Shown here piece by piece: positions 24,273-35,574 of a stretch of 64,000 bases of DNA. The position numbers and the translations under genes are program-made. A model generated the notes under the pieces. That model ran no database searches, was not told the DNA's origin, and saw nothing but the letters and a program-made list of their open reading frames with translations. Each line of letters opens with the position of its first letter. The first letter of the stretch is position 1. The stretch spans positions 80,910,001 through 80,974,000 of the forward strand of contig NC_043000.1 in assembly GCF_006345805.1 (NCBI RefSeq), read 5' to 3'. The stretch is from Octopus sinensis (lineage: Eukaryota).

Positions 24273-24437
24273 ATAGGTACTGGAGTGGCTGTGTGGTAGG
24301 TAGCTTGCTTACCAACCACATGGCTCCAGGTTCAGTCCACTGTGTGGCATCTCAGGCAAGTGTCTTCTACTATAGCCTCGGGTTGACCAAAGCCTTGTGA
24401 GTGGATTTGGTAGACGGAAACTGAAAGAAGCCCACCG

Positions 24438-24470
<33 letters not shown>

Positions 24471-24810
24471 ATATATATGTATATATATATGTATATATAT
24501 ATATGTGTATATATATGTATATATATGTGTATATATATGTATATATATATATATGTGTATATATATGTATATATATATATACATATATATGTGTGTGTGT
24601 ATATGTTGTGTATCTGTGTTTGTCCTCACAACATCGTTTGACAACCAATGCTGGTGTGTTTACATCCCCGTAACTTGGCGGTTCAGCAAAAGAGACTGAT
24701 AGAATAAGTACTAGGCTTACAAAGAATAAGTCCTGGAGTCGATTTGATTCGACTAAAGGTGGTGCTCCGGCATGGCCACAGTCAAATGACTGAAACAAGT
24801 AAAAAAATAG
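24273..24810 (+). mobile_element. SINE family A with expanded internal (TA)/(TG) compound microsatellite
   Basis: Head at 24273, microsatellite at about 24438-24605, tail at about 24810. Confidence 0.9.
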
Positions 24811-25004
24811 AATATATATATACACAACTGGCATCTTTCAGTTTCCATCTACCTCGTCCACTCACAATGCTCTAGTTGGCCCAAGGCTGTAGTAGAAGAT
24901 ACTTGCCCAAGGTTTCATGCAGTGAGACCATACTTAGAACCATGTAATTGAGAAATTAAGCTCCTTAAGACACAACTACACCTGCACCTATAAAAAGTAT
25001 TTTT

Positions 25005-25275
25005 TAAAAATTCAAAACATAAAGAAAGGAACAGAAAAACTTTTCCAATGGCCACAAAGAACTGATCCACAATCACCTCCCATAGCATCTAAGAACTAGT
25101 CTACTAATCTCTCCCATGACCTCAAAGAGCTCATCAACAGACCTCTCCTTTGGTCAATAAGAATGTTCAACAAATAACTTATAATAGTTAGTGTGAAACA
25201 GAGTGTTTGTAACCAAGTCAATGAGATAAGATGAAGTACTCAGGTACTGTAAGGTGTATAAACTTGAGTATATAT
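25005..25275. repeat. Repeat with internal ~34-bp minisatellite, copy 2
   Basis: Colinear with 22795-23105, including the downstream GTTTGTAAC..AGTC...GTAAGGTGT segment. Confidence 0.6.
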
Positions 25276-26722
25276 GCAAAGAATCCTCGTTGCTTCATTC
25301 TTCCTGTTGTTTAGCCCTAGGCCTATCCTATTTGAACAAACCTATAATAAGCATTTCAGGCACGGTTATCATGTGTTCTTAAGGGTGATAATCCAATGTG
25401 TCCTTTCTTTATAATGGGAAGTAGCAGGAAATTTGGCTGCTACTTCTAGCTGGTCAAGCTACCACATAATCTTCAATATTAACTTGTTGCTAGTGCTTAT
25501 CATCAGTTCTACTCTGAATCAACAAAGCTATGATGAAAGGTGTCTAACCACAGACTCTGCCACAAAAATATGCAGAGTTCTTTACTAATTTAAACAATAT
25601 TGTTAACCTGGTGTGAGAGCTTATAAAGTATTTTGCCTGGATTCATGATCCCTCACTAATAACTCTGTGTCCTTATTTTTTTATTTTTTAATTATATATA
25701 ATTCATTAACGGAGCCTGAAAGATTTTAAGATGCATGCCATATTTTATGAATATGCTTGTTCAAGTATCATAATAGCATGAAACTATTAGTAACTCTTTC
25801 AGTTGTATATTCAATTTGGTATATATGTGCATGTGTGTGTGTGTATCATCATCCTCATCCTCATCATCGTTGTAACTAGTGGGGTGTCAGTTATGTATAT
25901 GTGTATGCCCCAGCATGGCCACAGCCTTAGGGCTGAAATGAATAAGAGAGAAAGAGAATATGGTTGGGAAGCTTGTATGTCTGTGTTTGTCCCCCACCCA
26001 CTTCTTGACAACTGGTGTTGGTGTGTTTATGTCCTTGTGATATAGTGGCTTGGCAAAAGTAACCAATAGAATAAGTATCATTTAAAAAAATACTGAGGTT
26101 GATTCATTCGACCTAAAATTCTGCAACGCAGTACCCCAGCATGACTGTAGTCTAATTACTGAAACAAGTAAAAGAGTAAAAACATTAAAAAAAGTATATG
26201 TGGTTGTATGTATGTGTTCCTAAATGGCTGACTCTACCCAGTATAATTATTTCAGTTTCACCACTCAATCTCAGATAAAGTCAAGAGACAAACAAGAACA
26301 ACTCCAAAATCTTGTCTTCAGATCTCTATTTTCTTTGCATTGGGATTGACTTTCTTTTCCTTCTTTATTATTTTTCTTTTATATCAGCAATGTCATAGAA
26401 AACAGGCTGAGCCTAACAATATTACCTTATTGATTGCTGAAACAAATTTCAACACCTCCATGTCTTTTCTACAGCTGTTACACATTTCTGCTTATGTACT
26501 TTTTTATGTCTTCTTTAAACTAAATACAGAAGATTTTGAGACAACAATGCAATGTTGTAAACTGTCAGTCTGTGTAATGTAATATTTCTACAACTAAAGG
26601 TTCTATTTCCGAGTGAGCAGAAAAGGGAAGAATCTCATTATATATATACATACATATATATATATACATATACATACAACACACACACACATAAAACTGC
26701 ACAAATTGACAGCTTACAAAAC

Positions 26723-26760
<38 letters not shown>

Positions 26761-26769
<9 letters not shown>

Positions 26770-27704
26770 AGGGCTTAGTAAAATAAATTACTTTGCCACA
26801 TACTGAACTCATTAGAAATAGCAGCTAAAGAAATTTCTTTAGCTATTTCTAATACTTAAAGAAGATCTCTCTCAGATAGTGTTTGCTCAAACCAACTCAC
26901 AAAGGTATGGGGGAAAAAACATTAAAAAATCAAGTGCAAAGGTTATTTGAGAACGTACGTTTCTAGATTAGTCAAATCGACATTTCTTTCGTCAGCTCAG
27001 AACTCCTTGATTCGGATTTGGGAACACTGAAAGTGGGAGCATACCCTTTTGGCTTCTTATCACCTCTAGAATTCCGCTCGAACTAAAAGTGCTATCAAAT
27101 TCAAAATATGCAAGCGAAGAATTTCTGCTCTCCCCTTTCCACCAGCGTGGGTTAAAATTGACAAACACTATGTTTTATCGGTGAAAACCGAAGCATTAAA
27201 CAGAGAGAAATGAATTATAATTTCAACAATTGAGGGTAAAATTAATTAATTATTAATCAATTTCACCAAGTATTCAGTATGTAAAGGGACCATTTTAGGC
27301 GAATTCAAAATATTACATTATATATAAGGGCATATTCAAAATATTACATTATATATAAGGGCTTAGTAAAATAAATTACTTTGCCACATACTGAACTCAT
27401 TAGAAATAGCAGCTAAAGAAATTTCTTTAGCTATTTCTAATACTTAAAGAAGATCTCTCTCAGATAGTGTTTGCTCAAACCAACTCACAAAGGTATGGGG
27501 GAAAAAACATTAAAAAATCAAGTGCAAAGGTTATTTGAGAACGTACGTTTCTAGATTAGTCAAATCGACATATATATAATGTAATATTATATATAATGTA
27601 ATATATATAATGTAATATTTTGAATTCGCCTAAAATGGTCCCTTAACATACTGAATACTTGGTGAAATTGATTAATAATTAATTAATTTTACCCTCAATT
27701 GTTG

Positions 27705-27707
<3 letters not shown>
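26761..27707 (-). mobile_element. Young non-coding hammerhead-bearing element (partial tandem plus inverted 5' segment; Penelope-like/retrozyme-like)
   Basis: 222-bp direct repeat 26761-26982 / 27349-27570 (identical by eye, 588-bp period). ~105-bp inverted repeat 27221-27326 / 27603-27707 (one mismatch seen). (TA)n on both flanks. No ORF in the track. Confidence 0.8.
26928..27012 (-). ncRNA. Type I hammerhead ribozyme motif
   Basis: Minus strand AAUCAAG..UGAG-CUGACGA-(stem II AGA/UCU, GUC/GAC)-GAAA-CGUACG-UU-CUCA..CUUGAUU. Palindromic stem III. Predicted cut between 26952 and 26951. Confidence 0.75.
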
Positions 27708-27740
<33 letters not shown>

Positions 27741-27767
27741 GATGATGATGATGATGATGATATATAT

Positions 27768-28034
27768 GTAATATAATATGTGGCAATTATTCAGTTGCCA
27801 TGATAAAACTCCGAGTTTCGGATGTTGGGGCGGAAACCTGCACTAGTATCTCTTCAGTCATTTTAATTGCCTCGATGACTGAAGAGATGCCGGTGCAGGT
27901 TTCCGCTCTGACAATCGAAACTCAGAGTTTTATCATGGCAACCGAATAATTATCACATATATTACAAATAAATTCCTCTATTTACATAATTTCGAGGTCT
28001 CTTTCATTCTTTTGTTATCTTATCATTACTATTA

Positions 28035-28035
<1 letters not shown>
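27768..28035. mobile_element. Palindromic non-coding hammerhead-bearing element
   Basis: 77-bp arms 27785-27861 and 27875-27951 (about 10 mismatches, mostly at CpG), arranged head-to-head. TA-rich flanks. Confidence 0.75.
27867..27941 (+). ncRNA. Type I hammerhead ribozyme motif
   Basis: UUGCC-UC-GAUGA / CUGAAGA (27879-27885) / stem II GAU..AUC / GAAA (27917-27920) / stem III ACUC-A-GAGU / U17 (27929) / UUAUC-AU-GGCAA. Confidence 0.75.
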
Positions 28036-28090
<55 letters not shown>

Positions 28091-28093
<3 letters not shown>

Positions 28094-28505
28094 GGCACAG
28101 GAATGGCTGTGTGGTAAGTTAGCTTGCTTACTTACCACGTGGTTCCAGGTTCATTCCCATTGTGTGGTACCTTGGACAAGTGTCTTCTATGATAGCCTCG
28201 GGCCAACCAAAGCCTTGTGAGTGGATTTGGTAGACAGAAACTGAAAGAAGCCTGTCGTATATATGTATATATATATGTGTGTGTGTGTGTGTGTATATTT
28301 GTGTGTCTGTGCTTGTCCCCCCAACATCACTTGACAACCGATGCTGGTGTGTTAGCGGTTCAGCAAAAGACACCGATAGAATAAGTACTAGGCTTACAAA
28401 GAATAAATCCTGGGGTCAATTTGCTTGACTAAAGGCGGTGCTGCAGTATGACTGCAGTCAAATGACTGAAACAAGAAAAAAAGAGTAAAAGAGTAGTAAA
28501 GAGTA
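28091..28505 (+). mobile_element. SINE family A, full length
   Basis: ATAGGCACAGGAATGGCTGTGTGG head, internal (TA)/(TG), AAAAGAGT tail. Confidence 0.9.
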
Positions 28506-29354
28506 TATATATTATTGGACCTTCACAGAAATAATGTCCATTTTCTGGCATCAGAAAGATTATTAACTTAGCTTATAGCTATATTTACTGTCTTTAAACA
28601 CAGACAGAGCTATCTATAATGATCTAATTAATTTTATTTAATTAGTCCTTGTTGTTAGAGAATGCACTGTAGTTCAAATTAAACTGACCAGTTTATCTGA
28701 GTCCTACTGATAAGCTGTTATTTTCTCTGTAGACAGATGGTTGTTATTCTTTCTCTGATGAAGATTTAATAAGTCTAGAAACTAGTCATATTGATCTCTT
28801 TTTATTTTTCTGCTCATGAAAATAAAAAAACTGCTATGTAAATAATTATTTTTGCACATCAAATCCAAATATTGTTGCATTGGAAATGTTACACCCCTCC
28901 TATAAAGTGAGACGATATCAACCAGTACAGGGAGCCATGTATCAGTCATTTTAGAGTTGTTGTACAAGTTCTCAGTTGGAGTTAAGAGTCAGTTATGTGT
29001 TACAGATGAGTTTGAGTCACAGTCAAAGTAGATGGTTCAAATTCAGTGTCTTGTAGAGCTACAGTGATAGCATGATAGATGAAGTGGTGCATTGCCATTC
29101 TAGTATAGAAGTGATACACTTCCTGCCTAACCATGTGTCTCAATAGGAAGAAACTATTAGTAACTCTTATTTTATTACATCATCATCATCATCATCATCA
29201 TCATCATTTAACGTCCGCTTTCCATGCTAGCATGGGTTGGACGGTTCAACTGGGGTCTGGGGAGCCCGAAAGCTGCACCAGTCCAGTCAGATCTGGCAGT
29301 GTTTCTACAGCTGGATGCCCTTCCTAACGCCAACCACTCCGAGAGTGTAGTGGG

Positions 29355-31515
29355 TGATTTTATGTGCCACCGACACAGGTGCCAGACGAGGCTGGCAAAC
29401 GGCCATGCTCGGATGGTGTTTTTTATGTGCCACCGACACAGGTGCCAGACGAGGCTGGCAGACGGCCACGCTCGGATGGTGTTTTTATGTGCCACCGACA
29501 CAGGTGCCAGATGAGGCTGGCAAACGGCCACGATCGGATGGTGCTTGTTACGTGCCCACAGCACGGAGGCCAGTCGATGCGGTACTGGCTACGGCCACGT
29601 TCGGATGGTTTTATTGTGTGCCACGTGCCACCGGCACTGGTACCACAAAGATACAAATTCCATTGATGTTCATCTATTTTGATTTGTTTTGATTTGATTT
29701 TCACTTGCCTCAACAGGTCTTCACAAGTGTCACAAGAAGGAAGGTATGCACAGGTGGACTGACTATGTCCCAGGTAGGGGCCATGGGTTATGGCCTGACT
29801 AGTCTTGCCGGGTCTTCGGATGGTGTTTTTATGTGCCACCGACACAGGTGCTAGATGAGGCTGGCGAACGGCCACGATCGGATGGTGTTTGTCATGTGCC
29901 CACCGCACTGACTACAGCACTGATGGATTTCTTGTGTGCCACAGGCACTGGAACCACAAGATACAAATTCCATTGATGTTCATCTATTTTGTCTATTTTG
30001 ATTTGATTTGATTTGATTTGATTTGATTTGATTTTTGATTTTCACTTGCCTCAACCGGTCTTCACAAGTGTCACAAGAAGGAAGGTATGCACAGGTGGAC
30101 TGACTAGTCTTGCCGGGTCTTCGGAAGGTGTTTTTATGTGCCACTGACACAGGTGCCAGATGAGGCTGGCGAACGGCCATGATCGGATGGTGTTTGTTAC
30201 GTGCCCACAGCATGGAGGCCGGTCGATGCGGAACTGGCTACGGCCACGTTCGGATGGTTCTCTTGTGTGCCACCGGCACTGGTACCACAAAGTGTGTGCC
30301 ACCGGCACTGGTACCACAAAGATACAGATTCCATTGATGTTCATCTATTTTGATTGGTTTTGATTTTGATTTTGATTTTCACTTGCCTCAACAGGTCTTC
30401 ACAAGTGTCACAAGAAGGAAGGTATGCACAGGTGGACTGACTACGTCCCAGGTAGGGGCCATGGGTTATGGCCTGACTAGTCTTGCCGGGTCTTCGGATG
30501 GTGTTTTTATGTGCCACCGACACAGGTGCTAGATGAGGCTGGCGAACGGCCACGATCGGATGGTGTTTGTTATGTGCCCACAGCACAGAGGCCAGTCGAT
30601 GCGGTACTGGCTACGGCCACTTTCGGATGTGCCCACATCACGGAGGCCAGTCGATGCGGTACTGGCTACGGCCACTTTCGGATGTGCCCACAGCACGGAG
30701 GCCAGTCGATGCGGTACTGGCTACGGCCACTTTCGGATGGTTTTCTCTTGTGTGCCACCGGCACTGGTACCACAAAGATACAAATTCCATTGATGTTCAT
30801 CTATTTTGATTTGTTTTGATTTGATTTTGATTTGATTTTCACTTGCCTCAACAGGCCTTCACAAGTATCACAAGGAGGAAGGTATGCACAGGTGGACTGA
30901 CTACGTCCCAGGTAGGGGCCATGGTTTATGGCCTGACTAGTCTTGCCGGGTCTTCGGATGGTGTTTTTATGTGCCACCGACACAGGTGCTAGATGAGGCT
31001 GGCGAACGGCCACGACCGGATGGTGTTTGTTATGTGCCCACAGCACGATGGCCAGTGATGCGGTACTGACTACGGCCACGTTCGGATGGATTCTTGTGTG
31101 CCACCGGCACTGGTACCACAAAGATACAAATTCCATTGATGTTCATCTATTTTGATTTGTTTTGATTTTCACTTGTCTCAACAGGTCTTCACAAGTGTCA
31201 CAACCAGGTAGGGCCCACGGGTTATGACCTGACTAGTCTTGCCGGGTCTTCGGATGGTGTTTTTATGTGCCACTATGTTCCCACAGCACGGAGGCCAGTC
31301 GATGCGGTACTGGCTACGGCCACGTTCAGATGGTTTTCTTGTGTGCCACAGGCACTGGTACCACAAAGATACAAATTCCATTGATGTTCATCTATTTTGA
31401 TTGATTTTCACTTGCCTCAGCAGGTCTTCACAAGTGTCACAAGAAGGAAGGTATGCACAGGTGGATCGACTACGTCCCAGGTCGGGGCCACGGGATATGG
31501 CCTGACTAGTCCTGC
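29355..31515 (-). repeat. Tandem array of six variable LINE 3' UTR units (245-456 bp)
   Basis: CATTGATGTTCATCTATTTT recurs at about 29661, 29971, 30332, 30788, 31134 and 31379. The ~60-bp sub-modules end in TCGGATGG. Confidence 0.9.
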
Positions 31516-32250
31516 CGGGTCCTCTCATGCACAGCACACTTCCATAGGACTCGGTCTTCAGTCATTTCCTTGGTGAGACCTAAAGTTCGAAGGTCGTGCT
31601 TCACCACCTCGTCCCAGGTTTTCCTGGGTCTACCTCTTCCACAGGTTCCCTCAACTGCTAGGGTGTAGCACTTTTGCACACAACTATCTTCAGCCATTCT
31701 CGTCACATGACCATACCAGCGCAGCCGTCTCTCTTGCACACCACAACTGACACTTCTTAGGTTCAACTTTTCTCTCAAAGTACTTACACTCTGACGATTA
31801 TGAACACTGACATTACACATCCATCGGAGCATACTGGCTTCATTTCTTGCAAGCTTACGCATATCCTCAGCTGTCACGGCCCATGTTTCACTACCATGTA
31901 GCATGGCTGTACGTACACACGCATCATATAGTCTGCCTTTTACTCTTAGCGAGAGGCCTTTTGTCACCAGCAGGGGTAAGAGCTCTCTAAACTTTGCCCA
32001 GGCTATTCTTACTCTAGCAGTTACACTTTCAGCACACCCACCCCCGCTACTGACTTGGTCTCCTAGGTTGTGGAAGCTATCAACTACTTCTAGTTTGTCT
32101 CCCTGGAACGTGGTAGAAGTTGGTCTCTGCACATTTCCAGTGTTTATTTCTCTTGAGCATCTGCCACAGACAAAAACTATTTTCTTAGTTAGCCTTCCTT
32201 TGACATTGCTGCACCTCTTATGTGTCCATAGCTTACACTTGGTGCACCTT
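31506..32250 (-). pseudogene. RTE LINE ORF C-terminal region (RT thumb and C-terminus), frame intact but 5'-truncated
   Basis: LEVVDSFHNLGDQVSS...AWAKFRELLPLL...YDACVRTAMLHGSETWAV...RRLRWYGHVTRM...GRGRPRKTW. Confidence 0.9.
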
Positions 32251-33928
32251 GTATACATTAAATGATACACACACACTCGCACACACACACATATATATGA
32301 GAAAGAAATTTAGTCATATTATTACAACATGGTCTTAATGGACAGACACTTTGCTGAAGCATTGTGGCCAGTATGAGAAAATTATAGAATATTCTGGTTT
32401 AACACAGAGGTCACATTTGTGGGTTATTACAATCACTTCACTGAAACAATGCACATGTGTGTGTGTGTAAATGTGCATGCATCATGACAGATATAATATA
32501 TTCATAAATTTGTACGTATATGTGAAGTATGTGTTGAAAATTATTTTTCTTTCATTTTTTTACTCTCTCTTGTTTACTATCATTTCTATATTTTTTTCAT
32601 CTGAGTATTGATCGGAGACAGTGGGTAGTTGGGTAGTGGGTGCATGGACGTCTAGGGTTGGGGATACTGTTATATAATGATGTCATAATCAGTGAGATAG
32701 CAGACACTGTAGAACCAGGGAGTGGTAATTATATACTTTGTGGTGTTTACTTCATATACTTTTTTGGTATGAGCTCATATCGTGTTGAGGTTGTCTCAGG
32801 TGGTGGATCTTTAAACCTTCAACAAAATACCCCTTTATATTCTGAGTTCAAATCTCACCAAGGTAAACTTTATACCTTTCCTTCTTTTGAAGTTGATAAA
32901 ATGAAGTACCAATCAATTCCTGACTTCATTTAAGTATTTCTATAAAACATCCTAGAAACAAATAGAACTATAACAGAAGATTGACTTTACCATTAATTTT
33001 TCTGAGGTTGATTAAATAAAGTACCACTCAAGTACAGAAGTAGATTGAATGTTCCTGTGATGCACCCTAGATAAGAATGGAATTAATAAGGTACACTATG
33101 TTTAACATTATCTGCCATCTTTTCCAGTGTTGGTAAAATAATGCACCAGTCTAATACTGAGTCTACTGAGTGAATTTGAAGCATAGCCAGATTTCAGGTC
33201 TTCTGTTTGTCTTACAAACCATTATGCCAGCAGTCAGCAGTTAGTAGAAACTCTAGAAATAGCAACCAAATTTCACTCAAATTACATGCTATTTCTTAAG
33301 TAAGGAAGGGCATTTTAAATTTTGTAATATTAACTCTATGTGTTAGTTAATATTACACTCTTTTGAGTCATTGGCCTTAGGAAGGGAATCCAGCCATAGA
33401 AACCAAGCCAAAACAGATTGGAACCTGGTGCAGCTCTCTGGCTTACCAATTCCAGTCAAACTGTCTAATTCATGTCAGCATGGAATATGGACACAAGATG
33501 ATGGTGATGGTGACGGTGATAGTGAAGATGAACTATGTTAAGATGGCAAGGTGAAAGAATTGTTAGCATGCAGGCAAAATGCTTAGTAGCATTTCATCTA
33601 TCTTTATTCATGTTCTGAGTTCATATGACACCAAAGTCAACATTGCCTTTCATCCTTTCAGGATCAAATAAATAAGTAACTGTTAAGCACTGGGGTTGAT
33701 GTAATCAACTTAGTCCCTTCCCCCAAACCACTGTAAAACCACAGTATAACCATTGGATGAAACCAATATTAAGTATATGTTCATTTTGTTTTTAAATTAA
33801 AAGGTTGATCATGGCTGGAATACCTTTTTGCTATGGGTTTGATGGACCAGGACTAACCTAGAGTTAAATAACAACAATAAGGAAGGGCACATTAGATAAT
33901 GTAGTTCTAGATATACTATGTCTGAATA

Positions 33929-35210
33929 TCAGGTTGAATAAAAAGTAAGCAGCGTTTTGAACCATGAAGAATTTGTACTGAATTTTTGCAGACTTTTGAA
34001 TTTTTTTAAAACATTTTTTTTTGCCATTGTCTGATAATGCAGACATAGACTTGCCCAAATGCATCAATAAATTAACATTGATATTTTTTTTTTGCACCGT
34101 TGTTACAATCATTTGATATGGAACTGTCAAAGCGTGATATTTGAGCAATTTTGCTATTTAACTACAAAAAAGGATATAAGGCAGCTGAAAGTGCTCGTGA
34201 TATCAACGAAACATTTGGTGAGGAAATGACCAGCGAGTGGTCAGCTCAGAAATGGCTTAATTGATTTTACAGAGGTGACCTGAGCCTTGAAGATCATAAG
34301 CATAGTAGATGCCCATCTGTCATCAATGACAGTCAATTAAAGACCATCATTGAGAAAGATCCACATAAAACCACTTGAAAACTGACAAAAGAACTTCAAG
34401 ATAGCCAGAAAACTGCCTGCAACCATTTGCAAATGATCAGAAAATAAAAAAAGCTTGACAAACGGGTATCACCTGATTTGAATGAAAATTGGAAAATGCG
34501 CAGATATGAGATTTGCTTGTTGCTTCTTCTCCATAACCAGACAGATCCATTTCTTGACTGTGTTGTAACTTGCAATGGAAAGTGGATTCTGTACATTAAT
34601 AATAAACATTCTTCATAAAAGTTGGACCAAAATGAAGCTCTGAAAACCTTCCCTAAACTCGAGCTCTTCAAAAAGAAGGTTATGGTGATTGTTTAGTGGT
34701 GTATTGTTGGACTCATCCACTATAACTCCTTAAAACTATTACTGCAGAAACATATTGCCATGAAATTGCTAAAATGAACGAAAACCTGCTACTCTTCCAT
34801 TCCAGACTGATTAAGAGAAGAGAGCCAATCATTCTTTATGACAATGCTTGACCACATTTTTCACTTATGATGATCCAGAAGTTGAGGAAACTTGGGTACG
34901 AAGTTCTTCCCTACCCATCTTATTCCCCAGACCTTTCTCCTATCAACTACCATTTTTTCAAGCACCTTGATGGTTTCCTATGAGAGAAGGAGTTCAAAAA
35001 TCAAACCGATGCTGACAGTGCATTCAAAGAGTTCATCAGCTGCAGAACACCAGATTTTGATGTTACTAGGTTAAACAAACTTATAACTCATTGGCAAAAA
35101 TGTGCTGATTGTAATGGTACTTACTTTGATGAATAAAATTTCAACATTGTTGAAATATATTCTGATGAATTTCATGTTCCAAAACGTTGCTTATTTTTTA
35201 CTCAGCCTGA
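33929..35210 (+). mobile_element. Full-length decayed mariner (DD34D) transposon
   Basis: TIRs TCAGG(T/C)TGA(A/G)TAAAAA(G/A)TAAGCA(G/A)CGTTTTG with TA TSD at 33927-33928 and 35211-35212. Motifs YDNA*PH and YPSYSPDLSPINYHFFKHLD. Confidence 0.92.
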
Positions 35211-35574
35211 TAAAACACAGAATGACCATAGCTTGACCATTTTTCACCATCAGTTTGTTGATTCAGATCTGACCCGGGGTGGGCTAAAAACAGTAGCTAC
35301 AACAACAGCAAGGAAAATGTGGTCTCAGGTGCACTGTGTATGAGTGAATGAATGACTGTATAATGACAACTTTCATCATAGCTTTACTGGACCAGGTCTG
35401 ACCTGGGGCTAAAGAAGTTCAAGTTAGAACACCACAAAGAAGCTTCTGCATGATTGTTTCAAATAACAGAATCACAGAAATAACAGCTAGATCTTCCTCC
35501 AAATCACACCCTTTTTTTTACATAAGAAAGGGCATATTGAATCACATAGTTGTACATTACATTAAGTCTTAAAA

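Larger units (their letters stand above)
29178..32250 (-). mobile_element. 5'-truncated RTE-clade LINE with tandemly amplified 3' UTR
   Basis: ORF C-terminus at 31506-32250, 3' UTR array, and (ATG)10 tail at 29178-29207. Confidence 0.9.

Noticed and set aside
24309-24834. Poly-IY/YT/CV/HT ORFs here and at 20.2, 38.3, 41.9, 43.7, 51.3, 52.8 and 63.0 kb
   Set aside because: Translations of di- and trinucleotide microsatellites, which lack stops by construction.
27013-27190. ~60-codon minus-strand open frame inside the hammerhead element as a Penelope GIY-YIG remnant
   Set aside because: It has no start codon and no GIY/YIG, RT or EA..I....P.LN-type motif. Treated as non-coding.
29995-30045. 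(GATTT)n as an interstitial telomeric repeat
   Set aside because: It is not TTAGGG or TTAGG, and it is an internal part of the RTE 3' UTR unit.
29355-31515. CRISPR-like repeat/spacer appearance (modules ending in TCGGATGG)
   Set aside because: The 'spacers' are near-identical recurring modules of a LINE 3' UTR. The context is eukaryotic and there are no cas genes.
32605-32628. VLIGDSG, resembling a Rab P-loop
   Set aside because: Followed by a stop instead of VGK, with no supporting splice donor or further GTPase motifs.
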